IMG/VR virus record: IMGVR_UViG_3300046714_000236
Location: 30,230 to 94,229 of that record
Source of the DNA: a virus
Direction: 5' to 3' (one strand)
Length of the DNA: 64,000 nt
The notes beneath the pieces were generated by a model, which did no database searches, had not been told where the DNA came from, and saw only the letters and a list, made by a program, of their open reading frames with translations. The stretch's first letter is position 1. Each line of letters starts with the position of its first letter. The translations under genes were made by a program, and so were the position numbers. This document shows positions 47,329 to 57,313 of the stretch, piece by piece.

Positions 47329-48033
47329 TCACACCTCCAAAACGAGAAAGCCCGGGGTGTTGTTCTCTTCGCCGTGCGTGAGCCGCGCGAGCGTGCCCGG
47401 GGTGAGCACGGGGCCCGTGAGGTTCCTCGAATGGAAGTGACCATTGACGCACGTCACCGGGCGCACGGCGCGGAGCTCTGCCACCGCTTCGAGCGGGAAC
47501 CGGATCCCGCGACCGCGTGGCATCTCGGTCGTCTCGCTGCCGAGCCCGATGCCGTCGATCTCCGTCATGTGCCCGACGATGAGCACACGCTTGCCCTGTG
47601 CGAACCGCGCCGATCGAACGTGCTCCGCCGGATCGTACGGGTGACTGAGCGGGGGATAGGGGAGGAAGCACACGACCAGATCCCCGAGCGTCGTCGTGCG
47701 CGGCTTGTCGATCACGTTGTGCCCCGCGGCACGGAGCGCCATCAACGTGTGAGAGCCGCGCCCGTCCTCCATCACGTCGTGATTCCCAGTGATCCAGAAT
47801 GACGGGATCGGGCCGAGTTGTTCGGCCACTTCGACCGAACGCGCGATCGCCCGGTGCGCGAGCGCTTCATCAACGTCGGGATCGCAGAGATCTCCGAGGA
47901 AGAAGTAGGCGTCCACCTTCTCGCGGTGCGCGGTCTCGACCGTCTGATCGAGCCCCGCGCTGATCTCGTCGTAACGTTCAAGCCCGCCCGTGATCGCGTC
48001 GAGATGCACGTCCCCGGTGAAGAGCGCTTTCAC
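47329..48033 (-). CDS. SbcD/Mre11 metallophosphoesterase
   Basis: DVH, GDLCD, GNHD, GH and GHFH motifs. Confidence 0.85.
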   Translation of the reverse strand: MKALFTGDVHLDAITGGLERYDEISAGLDQTVETAHREKVDAYFFLGDLCDPDVDEALAHRAIARSVEVAEQLGPIPSFWITGNHDVMEDGRGSHTLMALRAAGHNVIDKPRTTTLGDLVVCFLPYPPLSHPYDPAEHVRSARFAQGKRVLIVGHMTEIDGIGLGSETTEMPRGRGIRFPLEAVAELRAVRPVTCVNGHFHSRNLTGPVLTPGTLARLTHGEENNTPGFLVLEV

Positions 48034-48034
48034 C

Positions 48035-48352
48035 TCAAACGCCCGGGTTGTGCGCAGGCCAGATCAGCGCGGTGCTGATCTCGATGCGACGCCCGTTCGC
48101 ATCGTCTTCGGTGTAGCAGATGCCGTTCCGATCGATCTTCGCCGCGATCAATCGTGCGAGCATCGCGCGGTTCTTCGTGACAAGTTCCGCGTCCTGCGTC
48201 GCGGCGTAGCGCGCTTGCCTCGCTTCTTCTTCCGCACGCGCCGCCGTTTTTTCAGACGCATCGGCCGCGATCACGAGCTTCGAGAACTCTTCGACCACTC
48301 GCTGAACTGCAAGCACCAGATCCGCCGCCGTCACTTTCTTCGGGTCGCTCAT
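48035..48352 (-). CDS. coiled-coil hypothetical protein
   Basis: ATGA overlap with recA. Confidence 0.55.
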   Translation of the reverse strand: MSDPKKVTAADLVLAVQRVVEEFSKLVIAADASEKTAARAEEEARQARYAATQDAELVTKNRAMLARLIAAKIDRNGICYTEDDANGRRIEISTALIWPAHNPGV

Positions 48353-49560
48353 GCGATCGAAGATGCCGCCTTCGTCTCCGTGGCTTGTCTCACATATTCC
48401 CGGACGTCCGCCTCGATGGCTGCGAAGAACTCGGGCTCCGCGTGCAGGCGCTTCACCGCGTTCGCTCGTCCGTTCGCGATCCGCTTCTTCCCCCAAATGT
48501 ACCAGGCGCCCGACTGAGTGATCAGCCCCGCGTCGGTTCCGAGTTCGAGCACGTCGCGCGGAGTGTCGAAGCCTTCGGGCACGAGCACGCCGTTCGACGT
48601 GTGGAAGTACGCGGCCGGAACCTTCGACGCCTTCCCCGCGACTTTGGTTTTGTGGATCTCCAATCGGTGCCGCTCGCCCACCACCTGCGCGCTGTCGTCC
48701 GATCCTTCTTTCACCCACGACCGAGAAACCCGCACGTCGACGGAGGCATCGTAATAGAGCGCCTTCCCTCCCGCGATCTTCCACGGCCGGTCGTACATGC
48801 CGGCATCCGGATCGTCCATCTCGCGCGCGATGATCGCGATCGCCGTGTTCGTGTCCGCGAGGAGCGGCACGAGCTCGTCCATCCATTGCGAATTGATCGC
48901 GGCCTTCATCTGCGCCGCGCGTCCGCCTGCGCCGTCGATCCCCTTCGGCTTCTTCTCGTTCGAGCGACCGCGCTTCGGCGCGTCGTCGTCCTTCACCGCG
49001 GCGAGCATCTTCTTCAAGAGCCCTTCGGGCACGAGCTTTCGGATCGAGTCGACGACGATGATCCCCGTCGTGTTCTGATCGATCTGCCCCTTCACTCGGG
49101 CATCCCCGATCGTGTCGCAGAACTTCCGCACGCCGCCGACCACTTGCTCGTACGAACGCGCGGGGAGCGTCATGAACCCCGGGTGATGTTCGAGCCCGCG
49201 CATCATTGTCTGCACCCACGGGAGCGGTGTGGTGCGCTCCGCGTCGACGAACCCCGCGAAGTGATCGCGCGCGAGGAACGACTCCATCAGGCCGAGCACA
49301 AACGCCGTCTTCCCTTCGTTCGAGGGACCGTGCACGAGCGTGATGCGCGCGATCGGTTGCCCGCCTACCCCGAGCCGGTGATCGTACTGAAGGAAACGCG
49401 TGGGGACCGACTGCACCCGGCGGATCGTCTCGGCCGCCGGGCGCCATCCGTCGAAGCGCTTCGCGACCGCGGCCATCCGCTTCAGCGCGGAGCGATTCCC
49501 CGAGAACGACGGCGCGGAGCTCGGGGTGGGAGCGGGGCGGTTTGTTTTAGTTCGGGGCAT
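48349..49560 (-). CDS. recA: RecA recombinase
   Basis: GPSNEGKT, FVDAE, IVVDSI, GGKALYYDASV, KTKV and QSGAWY. Confidence 0.9.
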   Translation of the reverse strand: MPRTKTNRPAPTPSSAPSFSGNRSALKRMAAVAKRFDGWRPAAETIRRVQSVPTRFLQYDHRLGVGGQPIARITLVHGPSNEGKTAFVLGLMESFLARDHFAGFVDAERTTPLPWVQTMMRGLEHHPGFMTLPARSYEQVVGGVRKFCDTIGDARVKGQIDQNTTGIIVVDSIRKLVPEGLLKKMLAAVKDDDAPKRGRSNEKKPKGIDGAGGRAAQMKAAINSQWMDELVPLLADTNTAIAIIAREMDDPDAGMYDRPWKIAGGKALYYDASVDVRVSRSWVKEGSDDSAQVVGERHRLEIHKTKVAGKASKVPAAYFHTSNGVLVPEGFDTPRDVLELGTDAGLITQSGAWYIWGKKRIANGRANAVKRLHAEPEFFAAIEADVREYVRQATETKAASSIA

Positions 49561-49593
49561 GAGGGCGGGAGGCTGTACCAACTCGGGGGAAAA

Positions 49594-50934
49594 TCATCCG
49601 CCCCGTCGACGGGAGGGGGACCGAAACGAAGCCGCGGGGGCCGCTCCTGTGCCCGCCTGAGGCGCCGCCGGGGTTGAGGGGGCTACCGCCGACGTCGGAG
49701 GGGAAGCGGCCGCAGAGCGTCTCCTGGGAGGGGGCTTCGCCGGTTCTTGCTTCGGGGGGTCGGGAATGAGCATCCCCGTTTTCAGATCGTACCGCGCGCC
49801 GCAGTGCGGGCAGGTGTCCATGACGGTCGTCATGGTGCCCTCGCACTTGTCGCACGCGACTTCCTCGGGAGGCTCCACCGCGGGAGCGCTCTGCACGCTC
49901 GGAGCCGAGCTGCTCGCCGCTTGTCGCTTCTGTTCGCGCGCTGCACCGAGCTCGTCTTTCCACGGCTCTTCGGGTTCTGCGTCGAGCTCGTCGATGATCG
50001 CCATCGCCGGACCGAAGAGCTCGTCCCACGGGAACTCGATCAGCGCGTGCGCCTCCATGCTCGCGCGGAGCTTTCGCGGATCACCCGCCCTGAGCATGTC
50101 GGAGATATCGGGGGGCGCCTGCTCGAACACCGCTTGGATCTGCGGAGTGAGCTGAATGCTCTGCCGGCGCACGGCGTCGTACTTGTCCGCGAAGGTTTTG
50201 TTCTTGTCGTACGTCCAGTGAAACCCGTACGGGTGGATCCGCGGATCGCCGCCTTCGCCGATGTCGGCCATCAGATCCTTGATCACTTTCTGCACACGCT
50301 GCCCGAGCGTCTGACTCTCGCGCGTGATGAGGCAACCCGCGCCGGGGTCCTTCGCCGAGACGACGCGGAAGATGTACTGAAGCTTCGCGGCGCTCTCCTG
50401 CTTGAAGACTTCCGACTGCTTCACCTTGATCGAATCGAGCGCGAGCTGATCTTCTTCCGAGAATCCCTGCTTTGGTTCTTTGAAGAGACCGCAGAACCCA
50501 CCGGCGCGAACGATCGTCGACGGTTCCCCGGGCGCGTCGAACTGGAAGATCGGCGTCAGCCAGTCGAGCTTCTGATCGTTGATCTGATCTCGGATCCATT
50601 CGATCGTGAGGCAGAGGGGGCAGACCGCCGGAGGGTGTTCGCGGCGATCGTCGTCGTCGCGGAACTTCTGCTTTCGCAGGATCTGTTCCGTTTCGAGACA
50701 ATTGAAATCGTCGCTGAAGATCTTCGTCACATCGCGATCGAGTTTCTTGTCCTTGTACGTCGTGATCTTGTACCAGCTGTGAGCCCACAGCGCGGCCGGG
50801 AGTCCACGCGGGTGCAGGAAGACATCGATCTCCCCGTCCTCTCTCCACTTCTCCAGAAACCCACCGCCGCCCGCGTTCCCCGAGTGACCGAGGAAATCGT
50901 CGAGGCTCATCTCGTGACTTGCAGTCCGTCCCAT
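49594..50934 (-). CDS. putative ssDNA-binding protein (gp32-like) with C-terminal Zn ribbon
   Basis: H..C...CPLC core; CDKC/CPHC; lies between UvsY-like and recA. Confidence 0.55.
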   Translation of the reverse strand: MGRTASHEMSLDDFLGHSGNAGGGGFLEKWREDGEIDVFLHPRGLPAALWAHSWYKITTYKDKKLDRDVTKIFSDDFNCLETEQILRKQKFRDDDDRREHPPAVCPLCLTIEWIRDQINDQKLDWLTPIFQFDAPGEPSTIVRAGGFCGLFKEPKQGFSEEDQLALDSIKVKQSEVFKQESAAKLQYIFRVVSAKDPGAGCLITRESQTLGQRVQKVIKDLMADIGEGGDPRIHPYGFHWTYDKNKTFADKYDAVRRQSIQLTPQIQAVFEQAPPDISDMLRAGDPRKLRASMEAHALIEFPWDELFGPAMAIIDELDAEPEEPWKDELGAAREQKRQAASSSAPSVQSAPAVEPPEEVACDKCEGTMTTVMDTCPHCGARYDLKTGMLIPDPPKQEPAKPPPRRRSAAASPPTSAVAPSTPAAPQAGTGAAPAASFRSPSRRRGG

Positions 50935-50947
50935 GTGACTCCTTCAG

Positions 50948-50967
50948 GACCGACATCGATGTCGGTC
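50948..50967. repeat. palindrome copy 12
   Basis: Perfect 20-mer, 13 nt upstream of the SSB-like start. Confidence 0.97.
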
Positions 50968-50973
50968 GGTTGT

Positions 50974-51126
50974 TTATGCCGCGGGGGGCTTGATCCCGAG
51001 CAGAATGCACGCAGCGGTAACAACTTTGAACCGCGCTTCCGGCGGAAGCGGGCGCAACGCATCGACCACCGCGCCAAGTGCTTTCAAAAGCTCGTCGGGC
51101 GTAGCAAGTCGGGTCGGCTCGCTCAT
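50974..51126 (-). CDS. small hypothetical protein
   Basis: ATGA overlap with the upstream gene. Confidence 0.5.
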   Translation of the reverse strand: MSEPTRLATPDELLKALGAVVDALRPLPPEARFKVVTAACILLGIKPPAA

Positions 51127-51791
51127 CGCGACGCCCCGCTCGTCATGACTTGAAGATCTCGCGCGCGGTTCTTCCAGAGTTCCGCGAAACGTTCCAAGAC
51201 CTGAACCATGGCTTTGCTCTTCTCGCGACGGAGCTCGGTGCTCCGCCACTCGTCCGGGTGACTCGCCGCCATATACCCCTCGATATCCGATTCCGTGATC
51301 TGCTTGCCCGTCGGCGCCTTGCTCCCGAGGAGTTCCTTCTGCTTCGAGAACTCTTCGAGCTTCGCGCGTTCGAGCGTTTCGCGCGCTTCGCGCCGCAGCG
51401 CTCCGAGGATCGCCATCGCGTCCATTTCAAATGCCGCGTGCGCAACCTTCGCGTTCGCGTACAGCTTCATCGCGCGGTGAGCACAGTCCTGCGCTTCGTC
51501 GAGCGTGTTCACGAGAAGCCCGTACTCCGCTTGGCTCGCGCGCATCGAGAGCCGGAGTTTCTTTTCGAGCTCGGCGTACTCCTGTTCTGCATTCAGCTCG
51601 AAGAGCCGATCGACGATGCGATCGAACCCGGCTTGAAGGCCCGGCTGATCCGGTTGGTTGAAGTTGCCGGGCGAGTCGGGCCGCACCTCGACACGCGGGG
51701 GCATCGCAGGAAGGCCCGGCAACTCGGGGAGAAACTCTTGACGCTTCGGCGCGGGGGGCGCAGTGCGCGCCGCTTCACTTCGTGAACGCAT
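51123..51791 (-). CDS. UvsY-like recombination mediator (coiled coil)
   Basis: ITESDIEGYM motif within a long helix; near SSB-like and recA. Confidence 0.5.
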   Translation of the reverse strand: MRSRSEAARTAPPAPKRQEFLPELPGLPAMPPRVEVRPDSPGNFNQPDQPGLQAGFDRIVDRLFELNAEQEYAELEKKLRLSMRASQAEYGLLVNTLDEAQDCAHRAMKLYANAKVAHAAFEMDAMAILGALRREARETLERAKLEEFSKQKELLGSKAPTGKQITESDIEGYMAASHPDEWRSTELRREKSKAMVQVLERFAELWKNRARDLQVMTSGASR

Positions 51792-51806
51792 GCCCGGAGG
51801 ATGCCG

Positions 51807-54236
51807 CTAGAAGAGTTGCCCTTGTCCGTGCTTCGCCGCGAGCGCCGCGCGGCCGCGGAGCTTCGGGGGCCGACTCTTCTCGAACTGTTCCCACGGGCCC
51901 GCGGGGAAGCACGCCTGAAGCACGCGCATCGTCGGGGGGTACGTGAGCGTTTCCCAGAGGTGATGACGATCGAGCTCCCCGGCGAAGTCCGCCGCGGGGA
52001 TCACCTTCATCGGCGATTCACTCGCGTCCGTCACGACGTACTCGATCCGCGAACCTTCCCCGATGTCCTCACCACGCGCCTGCAGCACCTTTGCGACACG
52101 TACGTGCACGGTGCCCGCCGCTTCGGTGCCGTCCTTTTTGATCTTCGTCGCGTACTCGTCGAGCTCTTTCGAGAGCGACTGACTCAGCACGAAGTCCTTC
52201 AGTTCGAGATCGCCGGTGAGGATCTGATCGCGCCATCGCTTCACGAGTTCCACGAAAACAGATTCCCGCTCTTCACACTCGGGCACGCGCTTTCGGAGAA
52301 TGCCCCCGCCGACGAGCAGATCGATCACCTCGGCTTGCATCTTCCGCGCGAGCTTCGCCGTGTCACCGCGCTTGTACTCCAACCCCTTCACCTCGGGTTC
52401 GCTGTTCTCGTCTGCGGGTGTGCCGTCGTAATGCGCGTAACGTCCGGCGTACCGTTTCTTCGTGATCATGATCACGCGCTCGAACTTCTTTTCGTATCCG
52501 AGCTTGATCCGGTTCTCGCGACATCCGCGATCCTTCAGGAGCTTCGGATAGAGATCGGCGTTCGCCCACGCCACGAACGCGCGGAACTCCGCGTCCGAGC
52601 TGCCGACGATGAACGTCGAATCGGTGTCGCCGTAGATCGCTTCGAGGTTCCGAGACTCGCCCGCACGGAAGGTTTCCTGAATGAGCCACGCGCCCGTCTG
52701 CGTGATCGCCTGAGCGACCGCGCGCACGAAGTAGCGGGACATCTCGTTGCCGAGCACGCCGAAGAAACTGTTCGCCGTGATCTTCATCGCGGTCGATCGG
52801 CGATCGGCTTCCTTCCACGCGGGCGTCCCGGGGGGATGTTTCGATCGCTCGTCGCTGTACTTCTTCCGGAGCTGGCCGAGGATGTCGACGGCTTCGGCGA
52901 CGAGCCCCATCACGTCGAGTCGAAAGCACGTGTCGTCTGGCGCCGCACAATGCGTGCTCGGGATCGGGCGTTTCTCAGGCGGCAAGTGCGAGAGATAGAT
53001 CGGGCGCCCCGCGTTCCCGTCGAGCACGACGCCATCGTCGTACGTCTCCGGGCTCATGTTGAACGAGATCATGATCGACGGATACAGACTCTTGAAGTCT
53101 CCGACGTGCACGTCCTTCACGATCCCGCGCTTCGTCGGCGCCATGACGAACGCTCCCTTGAACGGGTCCGCGTCGTCGTCGCCCCACTCGTCTTTGTCCT
53201 GATAGAACTTGGAAGGAAAGTGCATCCCGCGCTCTCGTGCGCGACGCAGAAGAAAGCCATCTGCGAACCGCGTGGGCTTCGCTGCCTTCGAGTCGGGCAG
53301 CACGCCGCACGTCTCGCAGATCACCTGATGCAATTCGAGATAGCCCGTCGCCTGCTCGATCAGGAACATGAGCTCGGCGTCGCGGAGGTTGTAGCGCGCG
53401 AGGAGATCCGGATCGCGCTCCCACAGTTCCCACGTCTTCGCGCTGTCGACGTCAAGCTTGCCGACACCCGCGACGCTCGTCGCGATCGCGTGAAGCGCCA
53501 TGCTCTGCTTCTCGTCGCCGCTCTTCGATGCGCTCACGTTCATCCGCTTGAAGATCACGAGATGATCGAGCCAGAGCCACCGGCGCGGCTCGATGGGAAT
53601 GCCGAGCACCTTCGATCGGTTGATGAGCACCTCGCGATCGAACCGGTCGAGCCCCCATCCGACGATCTGTTCGTACCGCGCCGCCTCGTGCCAAAAGTCG
53701 AGAAGCAGTTCCCGCTCTGCGTTGTCCGTGTCGGCTTCGAGCACGCCGACGATCTTGTCCCCGTCGTCGTCGACGATCGCCCACGACAGAACGCGCGCCT
53801 CGCCTCGGATCGCTTTCGCAATGCCGGCGCGGCTGTCGGTCTCGACGTCGGTGAAGCACCGATGAGGTTTCGCGATCGGCGCGTTCGAGTCCGCGAGGTA
53901 GCGCTTCACCGGATCGACGTCGCCCTCGAACGACTGAATGAACTTCGCTTCGAGTCCTTTGCAGACGTCGTACACCGCGCCACGATCGCGCCACCGGATC
54001 CGAAGCCACGTGTCCTCGACTCGGATCGACGCCACGCGCCCATCGGCACGGAGCATCCGCATCATGTTGTCGTCGACGTCCGACGAGCGGAGGAAACACG
54101 TGTGCTCCGCAGGCACGCGCCGAGTCTCTGAAGAACCATCGGGGCGGCGAGTCGTGAGGATCACGGCTCCACCGCCCCAATAGCAATTGACCACCGGATC
54201 GTGTGCGTGCGCGGCCGGGACTGCGATGATCGTCAT
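51807..54236 (-). CDS. family B DNA polymerase
   Basis: Exo DVET and FD, YNLRD, DFKSLYPS, KITANSFFG, YGDTDS and KKRY. Confidence 0.95.
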   Translation of the reverse strand: MTIIAVPAAHAHDPVVNCYWGGGAVILTTRRPDGSSETRRVPAEHTCFLRSSDVDDNMMRMLRADGRVASIRVEDTWLRIRWRDRGAVYDVCKGLEAKFIQSFEGDVDPVKRYLADSNAPIAKPHRCFTDVETDSRAGIAKAIRGEARVLSWAIVDDDGDKIVGVLEADTDNAERELLLDFWHEAARYEQIVGWGLDRFDREVLINRSKVLGIPIEPRRWLWLDHLVIFKRMNVSASKSGDEKQSMALHAIATSVAGVGKLDVDSAKTWELWERDPDLLARYNLRDAELMFLIEQATGYLELHQVICETCGVLPDSKAAKPTRFADGFLLRRARERGMHFPSKFYQDKDEWGDDDADPFKGAFVMAPTKRGIVKDVHVGDFKSLYPSIMISFNMSPETYDDGVVLDGNAGRPIYLSHLPPEKRPIPSTHCAAPDDTCFRLDVMGLVAEAVDILGQLRKKYSDERSKHPPGTPAWKEADRRSTAMKITANSFFGVLGNEMSRYFVRAVAQAITQTGAWLIQETFRAGESRNLEAIYGDTDSTFIVGSSDAEFRAFVAWANADLYPKLLKDRGCRENRIKLGYEKKFERVIMITKKRYAGRYAHYDGTPADENSEPEVKGLEYKRGDTAKLARKMQAEVIDLLVGGGILRKRVPECEERESVFVELVKRWRDQILTGDLELKDFVLSQSLSKELDEYATKIKKDGTEAAGTVHVRVAKVLQARGEDIGEGSRIEYVVTDASESPMKVIPAADFAGELDRHHLWETLTYPPTMRVLQACFPAGPWEQFEKSRPPKLRGRAALAAKHGQGQLF

Positions 54237-54257
54237 CCGCGCCGATTGTGCCGCGCT

Positions 54258-55403
54258 TCAGTCTTCGTCCGAAGCCTTGCGCCGGTGCTCGATGTGAACG
54301 ACGAGCCCGCGCGCTTCTTTGATGATGTGCACGTGCATCACGACACCGTTCGGGAGCTCGTACTCACCCGACGGATCCTGCCCGAGCGTCATCGCGCGCA
54401 CCGGCTTCGCGTCCTTCTTCTTCGCCCGCGCGAACATCGGAACCTTGATCTTGTCCTTCGTCACGACCGCCGTGAGCTCGTCGGGCCCGGGTGCCTTCGG
54501 AGGTTTCGACGGCGCCGCGGGCTTCTTCGATCCGGTCGCGCGCGGGTTCAGCTTGCGAACCTGTCGCTCGACATCCGCGAGCGGGAGCCCCGCGCGCGCC
54601 TTCTCGATGATCTCCGCCTGCATGTCGTCGGGCAGCTTCGCGATCAGCGAGAGCTTCGAGACTCCGATCTTCTCGAAATCGTCCTTCGAGAACGCAGCCG
54701 CGACGTTCATCGCGCGGCTCGCGTGCTGATCGCTCATCTTCAATTCTTCCTGAGAGAACTGAAGCCACGACTTGTACCGCGGCTTGCCGTCGACGCCCGC
54801 GCGCTGCGTGTAGAGCTTGCGATCGTGAATGTCTTTGATCGCGCTCCCGAGTTCCCAATACGCTTTCGCTCCCTTCGCGTGCGCGGCGTTCACCCGTTCG
54901 AGCGCGCGATCGAGCGCCTTCTCGGAAACGTCGAGCGAGCGCGGCACCTGCACGAGCTCGGCCTTCACCGCGGCCGCAGGCTTCTTCACCGCTTCGCTCC
55001 GCTTCTTCTTCGGTGCTTCGGGCGCCGCTGCCTTCGGCGCTTCTGCTGACTCGGGGGGATCATCTGCGTCGTCTTCGTCGTCTTCGGAATCTTCTTCCGC
55101 CTCGACATCGCTCGTCGGCGCGGGTGCAGCCGCTGCGCCGTTCGTCTTGGGTTCGGCTTCTGTCCCCGCTTCGCCGCAGTAGGGGCAAGCATCGAGCCGA
55201 TCGTCGCTGTACCCACCGCACCGCGAGCACGTCACACCGTTCTCGTCGGGCACGTTCGCCGGATCGTGTTGGTGCGTCTGCAGTCGAAGCAGCCGATCGT
55301 CCGGGCTGCCGTTGGTCGGGATCCCGAGCGACTTCAGCGCTCGGTTCACGATCGCGGGATCGACTTCCTTCATGTTCAGCGGCTTCGTTTCTTGGGTGGA
55401 CAT
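54258..55403 (-). CDS. Zn-ribbon plus HTH-like (DUF3102-like) putative DNA-binding protein
   Basis: CSRC/CPYC; YWELGSAI...W.QF.QEELKMS...ASRAM. Confidence 0.5.
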   Translation of the reverse strand: MSTQETKPLNMKEVDPAIVNRALKSLGIPTNGSPDDRLLRLQTHQHDPANVPDENGVTCSRCGGYSDDRLDACPYCGEAGTEAEPKTNGAAAAPAPTSDVEAEEDSEDDEDDADDPPESAEAPKAAAPEAPKKKRSEAVKKPAAAVKAELVQVPRSLDVSEKALDRALERVNAAHAKGAKAYWELGSAIKDIHDRKLYTQRAGVDGKPRYKSWLQFSQEELKMSDQHASRAMNVAAAFSKDDFEKIGVSKLSLIAKLPDDMQAEIIEKARAGLPLADVERQVRKLNPRATGSKKPAAPSKPPKAPGPDELTAVVTKDKIKVPMFARAKKKDAKPVRAMTLGQDPSGEYELPNGVVMHVHIIKEARGLVVHIEHRRKASDED

Positions 55404-55426
55404 TGGGTGCAGTTCCTTTCCTTCGG

Positions 55427-56071
55427 TCATGCCGCGCGCGTGCATCGCTGCACCGCCCGGCGAACAGTCGACTGGGCTTTCGCCTCACTCCAGAGACGGA
55501 AGACACGGCACGTGTCCGGGTCTTCCCAGAGATCCCGAGCGGCTTCGTTCAGATCGCCCTCGGCTGCAATGACGGCGCAGATCACGTATCGATCTTGCTC
55601 GTCGAGGTGCTCCATCGCGGCGCTCACCCGAGCGAGCACCCGAGCGTTTGCGTCGGCCCGTTCGATCCGCTCGTCGACGTCGGGGGGCGCGCCGAACAAT
55701 TGATCCTCCTGCCACTCTTCCAGACCGAGCCGCGCGAGTGACACCGGGTGTCGGCTCGGTGCATCCCCGTCGCGCCGCAGAGAGGCGCGCTGCTTGTGAA
55801 GCCACTTCTTCCCTTTGTCGCAGGCGTTCCACACGATGAACGTATCGATCGGGACGCCGCGCTCCGGGTTCCACTCCTTCAGGAAAGCCCACGCGGCGAT
55901 CAACATCTCCTGCTGAACGTCGAACTCTTCTACCCCGTCGGGGGCTTCCCATCGCCTGAGGAGGTAGCGCGCGAGCTTCCTCCAATCGTTCGCGGTTTCT
56001 CTGCAAAACTTCTCGAAGGTGATCTCATCCGCTCGCAGGGCGGTGAGCGCCTGCGCCATGTTCGTTTTCAT
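55427..56071 (-). CDS. phage-encoded sigma-70-family RNA polymerase sigma factor
   Basis: Region 2-like DVQQEMLIAAW...WNPERGVPIDTFIVW; region 4-like AMEHLDEQDRYVI...LNEAA. Confidence 0.75.
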   Translation of the reverse strand: MKTNMAQALTALRADEITFEKFCRETANDWRKLARYLLRRWEAPDGVEEFDVQQEMLIAAWAFLKEWNPERGVPIDTFIVWNACDKGKKWLHKQRASLRRDGDAPSRHPVSLARLGLEEWQEDQLFGAPPDVDERIERADANARVLARVSAAMEHLDEQDRYVICAVIAAEGDLNEAARDLWEDPDTCRVFRLWSEAKAQSTVRRAVQRCTRAA

Positions 56072-56116
56072 CGACGGCCCTTTCAGTTTCTGGATCCCGC
56101 GCTCGTGCTCGGGGGT

Positions 56117-56146
56117 CCGAGGACCGACATCGATGTCGGTCCTCGG
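56117..56146. repeat. palindrome copy 13 (perfect over 30 bp)
   Basis: CCGAGGACCGACATCGATGTCGGTCCTCGG. Confidence 0.97.
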
Positions 56147-56163
56147 GTGCCCCGGTCAGGAGC

Positions 56164-57279
56164 TCAGGCCGCGACGATTGCGCCGGCTGCCGCCTGAAGG
56201 TCGAGCTTCCGTTCCTCGTCCTTCACGCTGTTCGCGACCCAGCTCAGCGCGTTGCTGAACCGGTACGCCGTCTGACCCGCGGGGAGCATGAGCACGTCGT
56301 CGCCTTCGTACGCCTGCTTCACCGCTTCCTTTTCGCCCTTCGTGAGAAGCGCGCCGATCTTCTTGAACATCGCCGCCGAGTTCACCTCGGTCGCCGCTGC
56401 CGCTTTGATCACGTTGATCCGCTTCTCGATCGCGGCCGGCGCGAGGAGAGCCCGCACGACGTCCGTCGTCGCGCTCACCATCGTCGCCGTGTCCTTGCGG
56501 TACGTCTCCGCGCTGAGCTCGATGTTCTCGGGGAGCCGGCCGCCGAGGTGCACCTGCTTGATCCCGTTCTCGCCCACCATCCCGTTCAGGCAGACGAGCC
56601 GAAGAGCGAACGCCGACACGGAGTAACCCGCTGCGCCGAAGTCGCTGTTCGTCTGCGAGAGCCCGAAGACCACGAACTCGCCCGGGATGGGCTCGAAGAT
56701 CTGCGGGATGATCGCGCGCACCGAGTAGCGGAGATCCGTCGCGACGCCTTCCGTCGGCAGGGCGCCGATCGAGTTGCACGCGCTCACGAACGCGTCGAGC
56801 ATCGGGCGTCCATCGAGCCGGCGGAACTTGTCGGAGAGCACGCCGCGAACCTGCCCCTCGACGGTGCGCATGAGGTAGCGCTCACCCGCGTGATCGAGAT
56901 GCTCGCGCATCATCTTGCCGAAGAGATCCCGCTTCCAACCGGAGTCTTCGCCCGCGACGCAGAGATCGTCCGCGTAGCTGTTCGGAATGCTGAGACGGTC
57001 GCAGAGCTGCCGTCGCGCGTGACGGTGCATCCCGCGGAGCTCGCCCTTCTCACCGAAGGAAACTCGGAGCTCGCCTTCCTTCGTCATGAGCCCGCGAACC
57101 GCGGTCGAAGAGACGATCCGATCTTCGGGGATCGTGCTGAGCACTCGCGAGATGACGGAGCCGGCCGACGCCTTGCCGTTCTCGATCACCGTGTTCAAGC
57201 GAGCGCGTGCGATGGCGCGCACGTCATCCGACTGGGTGAGGGTTGCCGGGGTCCGCGTGATGTTGCTGATCGTGTTCAT
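56164..57279 (-). CDS. DUF932-family protein
   Basis: VRGVLSDKF...TNSDFG...RLVCLNGM...H; SD AAAGGA sets the start at MNTIS. Confidence 0.75.
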   Translation of the reverse strand: MNTISNITRTPATLTQSDDVRAIARARLNTVIENGKASAGSVISRVLSTIPEDRIVSSTAVRGLMTKEGELRVSFGEKGELRGMHRHARRQLCDRLSIPNSYADDLCVAGEDSGWKRDLFGKMMREHLDHAGERYLMRTVEGQVRGVLSDKFRRLDGRPMLDAFVSACNSIGALPTEGVATDLRYSVRAIIPQIFEPIPGEFVVFGLSQTNSDFGAAGYSVSAFALRLVCLNGMVGENGIKQVHLGGRLPENIELSAETYRKDTATMVSATTDVVRALLAPAAIEKRINVIKAAAATEVNSAAMFKKIGALLTKGEKEAVKQAYEGDDVLMLPAGQTAYRFSNALSWVANSVKDEERKLDLQAAAGAIVAA

Positions 57280-57313
57280 TTGGTGGGTTTCCTTTTTCTG
57301 CGCCTGAGCGCCA

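Noticed and set aside
5866-56146. Palindromes as ordinary intrinsic terminators
   Set aside because: No consistent U-tract on either side, the sequence (not just the structure) is invariant, and four copies are inside CDSs.
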